Shown here one piece after another: positions 1 through 12,965 of a stretch of 64,000 nt of DNA. The stretch's first letter is position 1, and every line of letters starts with the position of its first letter. The position numbers and the translations under genes are program-made. Source of the DNA: Squalus acanthias (taxonomy: Eukaryota); the NCBI GenBank assembly GCA_030390025.1, contig CM059432.1:32366001-32430000 (forward strand), given 5' to 3'. The notes beneath the pieces were generated by a model that searched no databases, was not told where the DNA came from, and worked only from the letters and a program-made list of their open reading frames with translations.

Positions 1-2378
1 GGAGTGGGATTTGAACCCACAACCTTTTGACTTCCAAGGTGAGAGTGCTACCACTGAGCCAAGACTAGTACTTCACTATTACAGTAAATACAATGAAAGA
101 GTTGTGAACTATGTCCAGTTGAACTGTACATAATACCTAATTGCACCTTGCCCTTCCCAGCTTGCGTTGTCTTGAGAGCATTTTGAACAATTTCACCCTA
201 GGGTGAAATACAAGTAATTACAGGCCTGTCGCTGATCGTAATGGTCTGAGTTAAGATTAAAACACGAGCATAACAGGATAATATATTGGCCTTAGTGTAG
301 CTTTATTTTGAATTGGTGTCAATACACTAAATATGCCATGGGACAATCCCAGTCTCAGGTCAGTAATTTGCACCATCGTGAGTAGAACAGCACAGGAGCC
401 ACAGCTGTGGAGGTGTTCCTGTCAGCCCATGTGACTATAGAGCTGTATTCCACGAGGATTTATGTTCCTCGGTTTTACCTGGGATGATTCTAGGATGCAT
501 AGGCCACTGGGGTTTAATGCATCCACAAGATATCCTCTTGGGGCTTAGAATTGCTGCCTGCTCTGTAAAGAGGGGAGAATTCACTTGCCTGGGCCTCATC
601 TGTACTTTCTATCTGTACAAATACCTGTTTCATTACTCATTGGTATAGATGACATTGAACTTAGTGTGTTCATCACATATGATACATTGATGGATCATCA
701 TCTCTTGACATTCTCACTCAATGAGCCATTTTAGGAGTCTATTAAAAATCCAAGATAAGAGTTTCAAGGGAATAGCATATGTGTTTCATGCTGAATGTCA
801 CAACTTTTATCACACTCCTCTCTAAACACCGCCCTTTGTCTGTCTCTCCTCTCTCTCTGTCTCTCTGTATCATCGCAGTCAGTAGGCTTGTGTTTAATTT
901 TATTTTAATAGAAGTTTGCTCACACTCTCATGGCATGAATCATTGAGAGATCTTGGAGTAATAGATCAGATGTGCCTTCCACAGAGAGTTACTTCCACCC
1001 ACGTGCAGGCTGCAAAGGTTGCAGAATCATTCTAGTAAAGGGAGTACAAGTCATCTGGTTACATTATTGAGCGTACTGTACTGAGTCATGTGTGGCAGGT
1101 TCTTGGACCTACACTGACACCAATGAGTAAGCTGTGTTTACGAGTATTTATTGTGTTGCCTTGAATTACTCAGGCTTTGCAGGACCCTGGATATGTACTG
1201 TCATTCAGTTCTGTGACAAAACTCTCTCTGCATTGCTTAACCTTCATCGTCGCTGGGTCAAAATCCCAGAACTCCCTAACCAGCAACACTATGGGAGTAC
1301 CTTCACCACACAGACTGCAGCAGCTCACCACCACCTTCTCGAGGGCAACTAGGGATGATCAATGAATGCCGGCCTTGCCAGCGACTTCCATATCCAGAGA
1401 ATTAATTTTTAAAAATACTCAGATGTCCGATAATCTGTTTTAGGTTTTAACTGAGGGATAAATGTTGGCCACAATACCCCTGCTCATCTTCGAATAGAGC
1501 CTTGGGATCTTTTGCGTCCATCTGAGAGGGCAGACTTCTCATCCAAAAGACGGCACCTCCGACATTGCAGCACTCCCTCAGCACTGTACTGAAGTGTCGA
1601 CCTAGATTATGTGCTCAAGTCTCTGGAGTGGGACTTGTACCCACAACCTCCTGACTCAAAATATGTAATTGCATTTTGCCCTTCCCAGCTTTTGAACAAT
1701 TTCACCCTACAGGTCTGTCACTGATCGTAACTGAATTCAATAAATCTGATTGATTTTGTGGGCTGGCATCAGGAAGAAAAGATGACCAAAAACTGTAGTA
1801 AAAACCAAACTGGTTAACTCATGTCCTTTAGGGGACGAGGAAAGCTACAGTCCTACCTGGTCTGACCTACATCTTGCACTAATCCATGTTACATGGTTAA
1901 CTGTAAATGCTCTTGGGGCAACTAGGGATGGAGAATAAATGCATCCTTGCCAGATCACCCACATCCCCAGAATAAAAATCACTGGCTCAGCTCTGCCTCC
2001 CATCATTCTTAAACAGACCTTTCTTCCCCTTTCTGGTTCTACAATTTCAAACGCAATATAATTTTAACAGATTTTTTTGTGATTTAAAAAAAAAAAATCT
2101 CTAAATGTAAAGGAACGCCTCAAAGATCTGGTTGTCAAGATAGAATTAATTGTTTAATTCTGGACATGAAGCTTTACGATGTTATTGAAAGACTTCAACG
2201 CACTGGAGTACCAGAAAACTGGTAACTCCAGCTTGGCGAGGGTATTTTAAAATTTAAATTCAAATCTTGCTGAAGAAAAAAGCTGTAAGGTGTACAGTGC
2301 TAGGTAGAAAAACTCTTCATTGACATTTTCTTTTCTTTGCTGTTTGTAAGCAGAACTGTGATCAAACCACATTTTGCC

Positions 2379-2601
2379 ATGAGTGGAGTTCTGAAACGAA
2401 AGTTTGAAGAAGTGGAGGACGATCCCTGTTACTCCTCATCTTCTCCGTCATCATCCTCTTCCTCCTCCTCTTCGTCATCCTCCTCCTCCGCCGCTTCATC
2501 TTGCTCTTTGTCCTCCAGCTGGGACTCTGATGATGACAGCTCTTGTGGTGAAACGTGGGCAACCAGAAGTAATGCAACTTTCCCCTCGACACCATTTACC
2601 C
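2379..2601 (+). CDS. CSRNP1: CSRNP1 coding exon 1 (MSGVLKRKFEEV, Ser-rich tract)
   Basis: ATG 2379 in GCCATG context after a polypyrimidine/AG acceptor; typical CSRNP N-terminus; donor C|GTAAGT at 2602 (phase 1, matches next exon). Confidence 0.93.
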
Positions 2602-2929
2602 GTAAGTACCTAACGTAACATCCTATTCACAGTTAACAATCTCAATTAACATTGCAAGGTATTGGTGTCCTGCACTACAAATACATCCTTTGGGTAACAT
2701 ATTGTCTTCAACTTTTACCTAGTTCTTTCCCAGGACTGTAAAACTCCCAAAATTGTTTACCTCCCTAATTATTATCTTCCTCCTACAATTGAACTCTGTG
2801 TCACACATAATCACTACTTTTTAATTTTGTTCAACTTTTCTCCTACCCTTTTTAACCTTGGTGATCTGTGACATTATAGATTAAAAATGGAAGAGTCCTA
2901 GCATACAATGCAATGTATAAATACATAAA

Positions 2930-3245
2930 TCTACATAGTTACATAGTATTTACAGCACAGAAGCAGGCCATTCGGCCCAACAGGTCCATGCTGGTGTTTA
3001 TGCTCCACACGAGCCTCCTCCCACCTTTCTTCATCTAACCCCATCAACATATCCTTCGAGTCCTTTCTCCCTCATGTGTTTACCTAGCTTCCCCTTAAAT
3101 GCATCTATGCAAGTCTCCTCAACTGCTCCTTGTGGTAGTGAGTTCCACATCATAACCACTCTCTGGGTGAAGAAGTTTCTCCTGAATTCCATATTGGATT
3201 TATTAGTGACCACCTTCTATTCATGGCCCCTAGTTCTGGTCTCTC
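2930..3245 (-). mobile_element. CR1 3' fragment in CSRNP1 intron
   Basis: RRNFFTQRVV.MWNSLPQ peptide and tail; related copy at ~10440-10975. Confidence 0.85.
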
Positions 3246-5050
3246 TCTCTCAAATCTATTTGGGCAGTGGAGAAGCTTTGTCACCAATGAGCCAAACAGC
3301 CCAGAAAGGTTTAACGATTGATCCCCAATCAGACAGTGGTTGGAGGAGGAGAAAGAACTGCTTTGGGGAAGAACTGGTGCTTGATATGGAGGCACAGAAT
3401 CTTCAAGCAGATGTTATCGGTGAAAACTAGGAGTTCCTGTAATAGTTTGTATTGAAGAATGGAAACATCCTTAGATGCTCTCGTTCTCTCTTTAAATTGT
3501 GGAAAATTCAAGGTCAAAGCAGACAACTGAGGCACCATGTTGGAATTCCCTCAACATCTCTACCTTTCCACACCCCTCTGCTCCTTTTAAGACCCTCCTT
3601 CAAAGTTACCTCTTCGACCAAGCTAATATCTCTCCTTTGGCTTGGTGTCAATTTTTGTCTGATTACGCTTCTGGGTAGCACCTTGGGATGTTTTCCTACT
3701 TTAAAGGTGCTACAGTATATAAATGCAAGTTCATGCTGTTGTTCCAGCATCTACAGGGCTGTTACCCAAAGCACTTTTGCTCCATGCAAGAGGGGTACAT
3801 GTTAAGGTTGTAAGTAGAAGCTTGTTTTAAAAGCTTGATGAGAGAAAGAAGAGAGCTTCTTCCACAATGACAAAAAGCTACTTCATTGCTTTATTTTCTC
3901 TTGCCCCATTGCGCACACTATGCATTGTTCTCTGAGGAGAAGGCATAAAGCACTCTTGAATCACAAGCCAGTAGTCACTAACTTGAGAGTCTGACAGTGT
4001 AGGCTGTTGAGTTGGTACCTGATATTAGGTCTGTGAATTGGGCATGGTTCCCCCACACAAAGTTGGGCTGGCAGGTCCCCGAGGTCAGAAACTCACTGGT
4101 ACTTGGGCCCAATGGGTAAATACAATATACAAAATGGCCATGGGTCAGCGGAGACCAGGAAAATCTGTGCCTAGTTAGCCAAATTCAGCAGGGGCAACAG
4201 TGAGGGTGCTGAGCCAGGTTGGGTGAAGGCAGGATTGGTCTGTGGTGCCCTCAGTGATTTAAAATGTTCAGACTTGCATGTGAAAATATAGCCACTCGGG
4301 TAAAGAAGCAGCTATAATGGGTGTATTACTCGTAGCAGCAGGCTGTTAGCCCCCTGTGGTGCTGTACTCCGGTGAGAGCTGGGTGGAATCGGAGGGATGG
4401 AATCAATGGTTTATAAAGCAGTATGCGAACAGCATGTTGCTACATTGTGTTACTACTGCAGAAAAAAACTTGTACTAACAGCATTTGTAGTAACAGGCCT
4501 TCACTCTAATAATCTGCTTAAAATTGCATTGAAATGCTTAAAATTAGTCTTCAGTGGACAGCATGGCAACTGACTTCCTTGAAACTAGCAAACTGTCAGG
4601 AAATCTAATTACAGTTTGGCATTTTCTCAGTATTAAGTCATGTGCTGAGGCTCCATATGACTAGAGTAGCTGCTTCCTTTCCTTGCCCACTTGTTTTTAA
4701 AAAGGAAAATGTTGAAACCACAAAGTTAATTCTATTGTGCTGCGTCTTTTTGTGTGCTTTTTCTTGCTGTTGGTTTAAATAGGAAATGTACTTTTTTTAT
4801 CCTGGTGAATTTACCATCATTTCTCTCTCTCTTGGAGCATCAGACAATGCACAGTTTATGAAAGCGTACACACAGACATGCGCGCGCACCCCACATGGAT
4901 GATCGCACTGAGCCTGAGAGTAGAGTTAACACACAATCACGGGGCCATAATATTAAATCCAAGCCTCTTCTATCAAGTTGAAGCTCATTGGCAAGTTTAA
5001 CAGCTAAGGCCACTGGAAAGATTTGCCCTTCCTTGGAGGAAGTAGGTGTC

Positions 5051-5470
5051 AGCCCTGGCTCAGTTAGTAGCACTCTCGCCTCTGTCAGAAGGTCGTGGGT
5101 TCAAGCCCCACTCCAGAGACCAGAGCACGTAATTCAGGCTGACACTGCAGTGCAGTACTGAGGAGTGCTGCACTATCGGAGGTGCCGTCTTTCGCATGAG
5201 ACATTAAACTGAGGGCCCTGTCTGCCCCCTTGGGTTGACGTAAAAGATCCCATGGCACTATTCGAAGAAGAACGGGTGATTCTCCTGGATTCCTGCCTAA
5301 CAATTATCTCTCAACCAACACATAAAACAGATGATCTGATTTATTTTATTGCTGTTTGGACCTTTCCATACGCAGATTGAAGCTGCGTTTCCTTGCGTTA
5401 CAGCAGTGGCAACACTTCAAAAGCGTTTTGGGATGTCTTGAGGTCGTGAAAGGCACTGTATAAATGCTAG
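5051..5470 (+). mobile_element. tRNA-derived DeuSINE-like (SacSINE1-like) SINE with L2-type tail
   Basis: TGGCTCAGTTAG A-box and GGTTCAAGCCC B-box; central CCCATGGCACTATTCGAAG domain; other copies at 1-65, ~1450-1660, ~9050-9535, ~9855-9990, ~18740-19050, ~30350-30700, ~30990-31395. Confidence 0.8.
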
Positions 5471-5592
5471 TTTTTCTCTTTCCATACACAAAGTAAATCT
5501 AGCAACATCCTTGTAATGAGATCTGTTGATTGACATTTAATAACAAAACAATTATTAACTTTATTTTCTCTTTTTCGTTCCTCGTTTTTTAG

Positions 5593-5852
5593 CTGTGCCC
5601 ATCCTGAAAAGAACTAAACGCATGAGAAAGAACAACGTCCAGTTTGACCGTGTCGTCGTGTTCTATTTTGCTCGGTGTCAGGGGTTCACTAGCGTTCCGA
5701 GCCAGGGTGGCTGCACCTTGGGGATGGCCAACAAGCACAGCTCATGCAGGCAGTACACGCTGGCGGAGTTTGCCAAAGAGCAGGAGCTCGTTCGCTGGGA
5801 GAAAATCAAGGAACTTTTGAAAGAACAGAAGCTGGACTCTTTAAGGCTGCAG
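5593..5852 (+). CDS. CSRNP1: CSRNP1 coding exon 2 (PILKR...VQFDRVVVFYFARCQGFTSVPSQGGCTLGM)
   Basis: Hallmark CSRNP motif; acceptor tttttag| at 5592, donor CAG|GTATG at 5853; phases consistent. Confidence 0.96.
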
Positions 5853-5867
5853 GTATGAAACCTGGGA

Positions 5868-6642
5868 ACGGTCGTGTCGTGGTTATGTTACAGGATTAGT
5901 AATCCAAAGACCTGGACTAATATTCCGGAGGCGATATGAGTTCAAATCCCTCCATGGTAGTTTGAGAATTTGAATTTCAGTTGAAATAAATCTAGAAATA
6001 CAGGAAACTTTCGTTTATCCGGCATCGACGGGACCGGCGTGGTGCCGGTTTATCGAAAGTACCGGATAACGGAGAGTTATATCTACCGAGGCTATTTTTA
6101 AACAGAGACTCCAGGCAGCGCGGGAGAATCAACTCCTGCTACTGCAGTGTTTCGGACTTCCGACAGCGCCAGGAGGCCGAGTAGTGGCACTTTTGAAAAG
6201 TACCCCTACTGACTAAATCGGCGTTCGCGGACTCGGACTCAGACTCGGATCGGCAACATTGCCGGTTATTTGAGAGGAGTTTTCGGAGCACTCGGCGTTC
6301 ACGGAGACTCGACTGCGACTCGGCAACATTGCCGGTTATTTGAGAGGAGTTTTCGGAGGATGATTTTTGCCGGTTAAGCGAGAATTCCGGATATTTGGGT
6401 GCCGGATAAACGAAAGTTTCCTGTAAATATCTGGTATCAGTAAAAGTGATCACAAGGCTGTTGGATTGTCGTAAAAACGCAACTGGTCCTTTAGGGAAGG
6501 AAACTTGTCATCCGTACCCAGCCTATGTCTGACTCCAGTCCCACGCTGACTCTTAACTGATCTCTGAAGTAGCCTACCAGGGCAACTAGGAATGGGTAAT
6601 AAATGCCAGCGACGCCCACATCCTGAGATTGAATTTAAAAAA
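5868..6642 (+). mobile_element. Short bipartite element (tRNA-like head + 3' tail of the 20.4-22.7 kb LINE family), host of the MITE
   Basis: GAGTTCAAATCC B-box-like motif, body matching 22420-22660 (reverse), tail GGGCAACTAGG...GCCAGCGACGCCCACATCC. Confidence 0.7.
6001..6423. mobile_element. Non-autonomous Tc1/mariner (pogo/Tigger-like) MITE
   Basis: Perfect 24-bp TIR CAGGAAACTTTCGTTTATCCGGCA; TA on both flanks; CpG-rich; internal ~38-bp direct repeat. Confidence 0.92.
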
Positions 6643-7764
6643 ACAAATAATGTGATGCAGGGGTGGGGAGTAAATCTGTGGTGCTTTTTGGTTTCCTACC
6701 CCTCCCACAGCCACTTCCAATTTTCTTTACTCCACTTCTGAAGGCAGTAAAGTCATGATGGTCTCCAGTTTAATGGCACTAGCTTCCCTCCAGTACTTTG
6801 CCCATTCTTCACAGGTGAGCTTAGACTGTGAATGCTGCCAGCCTGGTGAACCATGAGGGGCATCCGGGCCAAAGCAAATGTTTTCCTCCTCCCCCCCCCC
6901 CCCCCCCCAAATGTCCACATGCGTGCACTTTTCAGTGAGAGTCGCTGGATCGTGATCAGGAGCAGGAATTCTGCTCTTCCTTCCCTTGCTCAGAAAGGTT
7001 GAAGTCACTCATAGCCAGAGCAAATGATTTGTTATAGCAAGTGATGTAATGCTGTGTCTGCTCAGGTACTGGTATTTCACCTGCCTCTGGGACATATTCT
7101 GCTTAAACTCTGTATTGGGCAGCAAGTCCTGCTACACCCAGAAAATGTAGAAATTCATAGAATCTCACAGCACAGAAGGAGGCTGTTTAGCCTATCGTGC
7201 TTGTGCCGCCTCTTTGAAAGAGCTGTCCAATTAGTCCCACTCCCCTGCTCTCTTCCCCATAGCCCTGCAAATTTTTCCCTTTCATTTATTTATCCAATTC
7301 CTTTTTGAAAATTACTGTTCAATCTGCTTCCACCATCCTTTCAGGCAGTGCATTCTGGATCCAGAACATTTCCCCCATAAACCTGCAAATGTTTCCCAAG
7401 TAACATATCCAATTCCCAAGGTTTTTTTGTAGCGTGAGATCACTTGCCCTGATCATCCTTCTGCCACTGCTCTCCCGGCTGAGATCAGCACAAACCAGGG
7501 ACTGACATGGCCCTTTCTGCTCTGTGTGGTTCAGCATTGTAGTACCTAGATGGAGCAGAGGACAATACAGGGCTAAGGGGGAGCATGGGGCAGTGGGATT
7601 GCTTTGGGAATTAGTCTAGCAAGACACGATGGGCCAAGTGGCCGCCTCTTGTGCTGTAAACATCAATACTCTGAGCTATTGCGTACCGCTGAAGGAAAAT
7701 TATTATTCACTAGTCTTAATTTGAAAAAAAAAAACATCTCTTTTTTTTTCTTCCCCCACAACAG

Positions 7765-8061
7765 TTGACTAAGAATGGTACTGCTGACTCTGAAGAGGCC
7801 GACCGGCTTACTGTCGATGACATCTCGGACGACGATATCGATGTCGGCGAGGTGGAGCTCGACAGCGGCTTCTTTCCACAGCCGTACCCAGCTAAGAAAA
7901 GGCACACGCTGCTGAAAGCGGCCGGAGTGAAGAAGATCGACCGAGAAGAAAAACGGGAGCTGAACGCAATCCGGGTGTCGCGCGAGGACTGCGGCTGTGA
8001 CTGCAAGGGTTTCTGTGAGCCGGAGACTTGCAGCTGTAGCCTGGCTGGAATTAAATGCCAA
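7765..8061 (+). CDS. CSRNP1: CSRNP1 coding exon 3 (LTKNGT...SREDCGCDC...[11 protein letters not shown]), Cys-rich domain
   Basis: Acceptor acag| at 7764, donor CAA|GTAAGT at 8062; 99 codons in frame. Confidence 0.96.
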
Positions 8062-11000
8062 GTAAGTGAGCAGCTGATTGAAACGCCTCATTTTATACAG
8101 CAAGTCACCTTTTGGTTTCCTACATTACAATTAATCGATTTTTAAAGCTTCCCCTCCTACGATTCCATCCGTTTTTAAATGAAACGGCAAACCATTTACT
8201 TTGGCTGTGACGTTAACTCGGTCTCTCGGTTTGTCCCTCTGTTTCTATGTTTCTCAAAAGCAGCTCAAGTATGAACATCGACCCCCAATTTAACCATTAT
8301 GCACCCAGAGTAATTCCTGTTAACTGCGTCCATCAATATTTCAGTTTCAAGAAAGAGACTAGCATTGTTTTCCCCCCTTTCATTCCCAGTAGACAGTCAG
8401 ACTGCCGACTCAGCAGACTTGGCAGCACAAGACGTGGCTTTAGCCATACAACAGCAAAGCCTGCTCGTACTATCCTACCGTTGCTCTAAAGCTGGGGTTT
8501 TAATTCTGTGGTAGTTACTGGGAATCAATGCTTGTAAAAACAAGCAGTGGTTTCATAGTAACTCAGAATTTATATTAAAAGAAAAAACCTGAATGGCAGG
8601 GTAGGGAGCAGCTCGGCTTCCAACAATTAAAATGTAGGTTAAGTAATTAAGTAGCCTAAGGGGCTGAGGCGTACAATGCATTTTTTTTTTGACTCCAGAT
8701 TTGTCTGCACGCTTGGCCTGTCTTGTCAACAACTAGCATATTTTATTGAGCTGTATACTAATCCCTGTGTGTTCCAGATGCGAAATGTTTAATTGTGTGG
8801 AGACAGGAGAGTAGAAGATCAGACAGCTCGGCTGTTTAGTGAGCACTGTATGTGGCTTTGACACAGCAGCTCTTTATTTTGACAGACACTTTTTAAAACC
8901 AAAACATAAAGTCCTACAGTATTTTGGAACATTTTTAATTTATTGTCACTGTTTGTGACAAATGTCTCTGTAGGCTGACTTGGTTTATTTATGTCCAAAC
9001 CAACATAACAGTTGAAGCTTTGCAAAAGACTTGTGTCTGTATAATGCCTCACCAAGTGTCTCAAACATCTCCGAACCCTTTACACAATGAAGTGAAGATT
9101 GACTGGTTACATAGGTAAATTTTGCACACCGCAAAGTCCCACAAACTGCCATGAGGTACAGATGGAGTTGAGATCCGGATCAGCCATGATCTAATTGAAT
9201 GGTGGAACATGTTCAAGGGGCTGAATGGCCTACTCCTGTTCCTATGAGAGGAATGACTTGTTGATCTGTATTTAAGGGTGTTGGTTGAGAAGATTGTTTT
9301 CCAGTAAGCAGAGTTCCCTGTTCCTCTTCAGATCGCACCATGCAATCTTTTAACAGCTAACTGAAGAGACAAGGGTCTTGGTTTACAGTCTCCTGCAAAG
9401 GATGAGGATGCAGCACTCCCTCCCTCAACCCTGCAGTGAAGTGTCAGCCTCGATCATGTTTAAATCCTAGTGTGGGGCTTGAACTCAACCTTTTGAATTC
9501 GAGATGAAAATGCTACCAATTGAGCCAAGCTGACACCAGTTTGGTGTCAAAGATTATTTTTTTAAAAGATCTTTCTGTTCCTTGAGTGTTCACTTTTTTA
9601 TTGCATGGATCTGTGCTTCCAATATCTGTAATGTTAAACCAAGCCAGCTACAATCTTAATCTTAACTCCCTCTTCACAGCCATCCATTTCCAGTGCCCAT
9701 CAAAAGCTTTTGAAATTGGACATTTTCTTTATAAAAACAAAACTTGTTACAGCGCTAATTGCAACATGTGTAAAATCTATATACTGTTGCTTCCTCCAGA
9801 AGTGAGATTTTTGCTTTATGCAAATCCATATTCCAAAATATATAATAAGTATTAGCCTTGGCTCAGTGTTGGCACTCTGGCTTCTGAGTCAGAAGATTGT
9901 GGTTTCAAGCCCCACTCCAGAGACTTGAACACATAATCGGCACTGTACTGATGGAGTGCGACACTGTTGGAGATGCTGTCGTCTGGTTCAAATGGTAAAG
10001 CGACGCCCCAGCGAGGCTGGACTGGGTAAGGACAGCAGGTTTCCTTCCCTAAAGGGCATTAGTGAACCAGTTGGATTTTTACAACGATCAGACAGCTTCT
10101 TGGTCACTTTACTGATTCCAGCTTCCCCCCCCCCCCCTCCCCATATTTTTTAAACTAATTCAAATTCACCAATTACCATTTGAACTGTAGATTACCAGTC
10201 CAGTAACATCATCACTACACTACTCATTAAATGGCGGAGCAGGCTCGAAGGGCCGGATGGCCTACTCCTGCTCTTATCTTCTATGTATCTATGTATCTAT
10301 GTTACCTCAGTAACATGTAATGTAATGAGAACACTTGAACTGTTATCCAATTGTAGATTTTCTAAATTTTGATTGTCTGGAGGAAGCCTTTTAAGCTGGA
10401 TAACAATAGGATGAAGTACCAGTCTGGCACCAGCTGTGGTTTACATAGGATATACGGCACAGAAACAGGCCATTCGACCCAACCAGTCCATGCCGGCGTT
10501 TATGCTCCACTCGAGCCTCCTCCTGTCTTTCCTCATCTAAATCTATCAGCATAACCCTCTATTCCCTTCTCCCTCATATGCTTATCTAGCATCCCCTTAA
10601 ATGAATTTATGCTGTTCGCTTCAACCACTCCCTGTGGTAGCGAGTTCCACATTCTCACCACTCTCTGGGTAAAGAAGTTTCTTCTCAATTCCCTATTGGA
10701 TTTCTTGGTGACTATCTTATATTGGTGGCCTCTAGTTATGCTCTTCCCCACAAGTGGAAACATTCTCTGTATCCACTCTTATCAAAACCTCATGATTTTA
10801 AAGACCTTTCATGATTTTAAAGACCTCTATTAGGTCACCCTTCGGCATTTTTTTCCAAGAGAAGAGAGACCCAGCCTGTTCATCCTTTCCTGATATGTAT
10901 ACCCTCGCATTTCTGGTATCATCCTTGTAAATCTTCTCTGCACCCTCTCCAGTGCCTCTATATCCTTTTTATCCTGGTTTAAAGAGAGCAATTTGAGATC

Positions 11001-11933
11001 ATGAGTTTGGATCACACATTAAAGTGCAATTTCCACCTCTACAACACACTGCTACAAAAACACAAATTGTAACAGCCGTTTGTAGTTAGTAGTTTAAATC
11101 CTCGCACACTTCAAAAATTAGAGTTTAAATTCCAATTTTTAGTCCAGATATTCCAAATCTTTATAATCCATATCGCCATGTCCGCTGCATTGTGGCCATT
11201 GAGTTGTCAACATTCTTCAATGATTAAGTCTCTCTTTTTTCTCAACCAATAAGTTGATTTTTACTAACTTTCTTTATTGACACATCACATCACACACACA
11301 ATCTTTCTTCCCAATTTCAATTTTCTCCTTATTCACATTCCAGTAAAACCCTTGGGATACAGCCACTACGATAGTTCCTCACTTATAACAGAGAGACAGA
11401 AACAGAAGGGAAGGAGGAAGCTCGGAGAGACTTTTTTCTTTCAGATAGAGCTAGGGAGAGTGCAAGTGGTTGAGAGAATTTTTTGATATAACTTTTTTTT
11501 GAGACAAGTCCTGAGAATTACTGAGATGACCAATCAGGGCCCCAATAGGTGTGTGCAGAACAATCCATCTCCAATAAAAGAACTCTGGACTTTACATTGG
11601 CGGCGAATGGGAAGGGCGAGCTCTGCCTCCAAAGGGCACCCGTGAAAACTAATTCAGTGTCTTCACTGAAGAACTGGGGAAATGAGAGAGGAACAAAACC
11701 TAGTTCTACGTAATTAGAGTATGGTAGTAATAGACTTTGGTGATTTAGGCTAGACAATGCTATAAAAGGATATGGAGCCAAGGCAGATCAATGGAGTTAA
11801 GATACAAATTAGCCATGATTTCATTGAATGGGTGGAAAAAGCTCAAGGAGCTGAATGACCTACTCCTGTTCCTATGTTCCTATGTCGATAGATGTTCCTA
11901 AGTGCTTACACTGTGCACTTTTGTATTGTACAG

Positions 11934-12965
11934 ATGGATCGCATGTCTTTTCCCTGTGGATGTACAAAGGACGGCTGTGGTAACACAATGGGCAGGATAG
12001 AGTTCAACTCTGCCAGAGTACAGACACACTTCATCCACACCATCATGAAGCTGGACTTGGAGAAACGGCAACCGAACGGTGAAAATAAGAATGGAGAGTC
12101 AGACACGGCGCACTTGGAAAATTCCCAGCACTATGGCTACTCGGCAGACAAATCTGCATTCCAGGACAGAAGTGCCTCCTTAACGCCAGCCTTTCACTTC
12201 AGCGAGGAGTCCGATGACACCGAGGACAACAGCTGTAGCAGTGACATGACCGACTCCAGTTCGTCGAATTACAGCGAGGAGGTGGACGAGGGAGTTGATG
12301 ACCGTTTCTTGGATAACGCACCGCAGTCTCGTCAAACTGCGGACATTGACGATGATGGACTGGCCCGGATACTCCATTTTAACGATTCTGACAATGAGTG
12401 CGGTAACGATGCAGAGAACCAGGACGGCTTCCCTTACTTTAACCCTTCCGATTTTTTCTGTGAGACTGGTGACCAGCACTGTGGCACAGAAAGCTTCAAG
12501 TTCAACACTGAGTACTACACTAATCACTTGCCCAGCTTGGACGAGAATGCCAATCAGGAGGGGAGTTTCCCCCTGGGCGATGTAGCTCCAACGCAGGGCA
12601 GCAGCCATGTCTATCCCCCATCTCACTGCCCAGAGCAGTCCACGAAAAGCTACACTGACCTCAGCCTGTCGACTGACTCCTTCGAATTTTTCCAGTCGTT
12701 CTCCGAGTTCAACTACGGCTCGTTTCACAACCCGCAGAAGGACTACGAAAGCATGGACAATTGTCCGACGCTCCAGTTTCAGTTCCCTGGGTTTCCCACC
12801 TTCACCCAGGCTGCCGATCCAGGCAGCTGTTTCCTGGAGTCTCTGATTGGTCTGGCTGAGCCAATCACAGCAGACTCCTTCCCAGAGCCCCCTACACCTT
12901 TCCCAGACAGTCAGCACCTTGAAGAAGCCATCAAAACATCCATCATGGAAACTGTGAAGGTTTGA
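11934..12965 (+). CDS. CSRNP1: CSRNP1 last coding exon ([17 protein letters not shown]...SIMETVKV*)
   Basis: Acceptor tacag| at 11933; conserved FPCGC-x3-GC and [10 protein letters not shown] motifs; C-terminus resembles CSRNP1 more than CSRNP2/3 (from recall); spliced CDS 1812 nt = 603 aa + stop. Confidence 0.93.
   Translation: MDRMSFPCGCTKDGCGNTMGRIEFNSARVQTHFIHTIMKLDLEKRQPNGENKNGESDTAHLENSQHYGYSADKSAFQDRSASLTPAFHFSEESDDTEDNSCSSDMTDSSSSNYSEEVDEGVDDRFLDNAPQSRQTADIDDDGLARILHFNDSDNECGNDAENQDGFPYFNPSDFFCETGDQHCGTESFKFNTEYYTNHLPSLDENANQEGSFPLGDVAPTQGSSHVYPPSHCPEQSTKSYTDLSLSTDSFEFFQSFSEFNYGSFHNPQKDYESMDNCPTLQFQFPGFPTFTQAADPGSCFLESLIGLAEPITADSFPEPPTPFPDSQHLEEAIKTSIMETVKV

Noticed and set aside
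5051..5125. tRNA genes (also 24030-24098, 9855-9920)
   Set aside because: tRNA-like heads continue into SINE bodies and tails
12180..12917. 245-aa antisense ORF over the CSRNP1 last exon (also 7663-8103)
   Set aside because: Shadow of the sense coding frame; no motif or independent splice evidence
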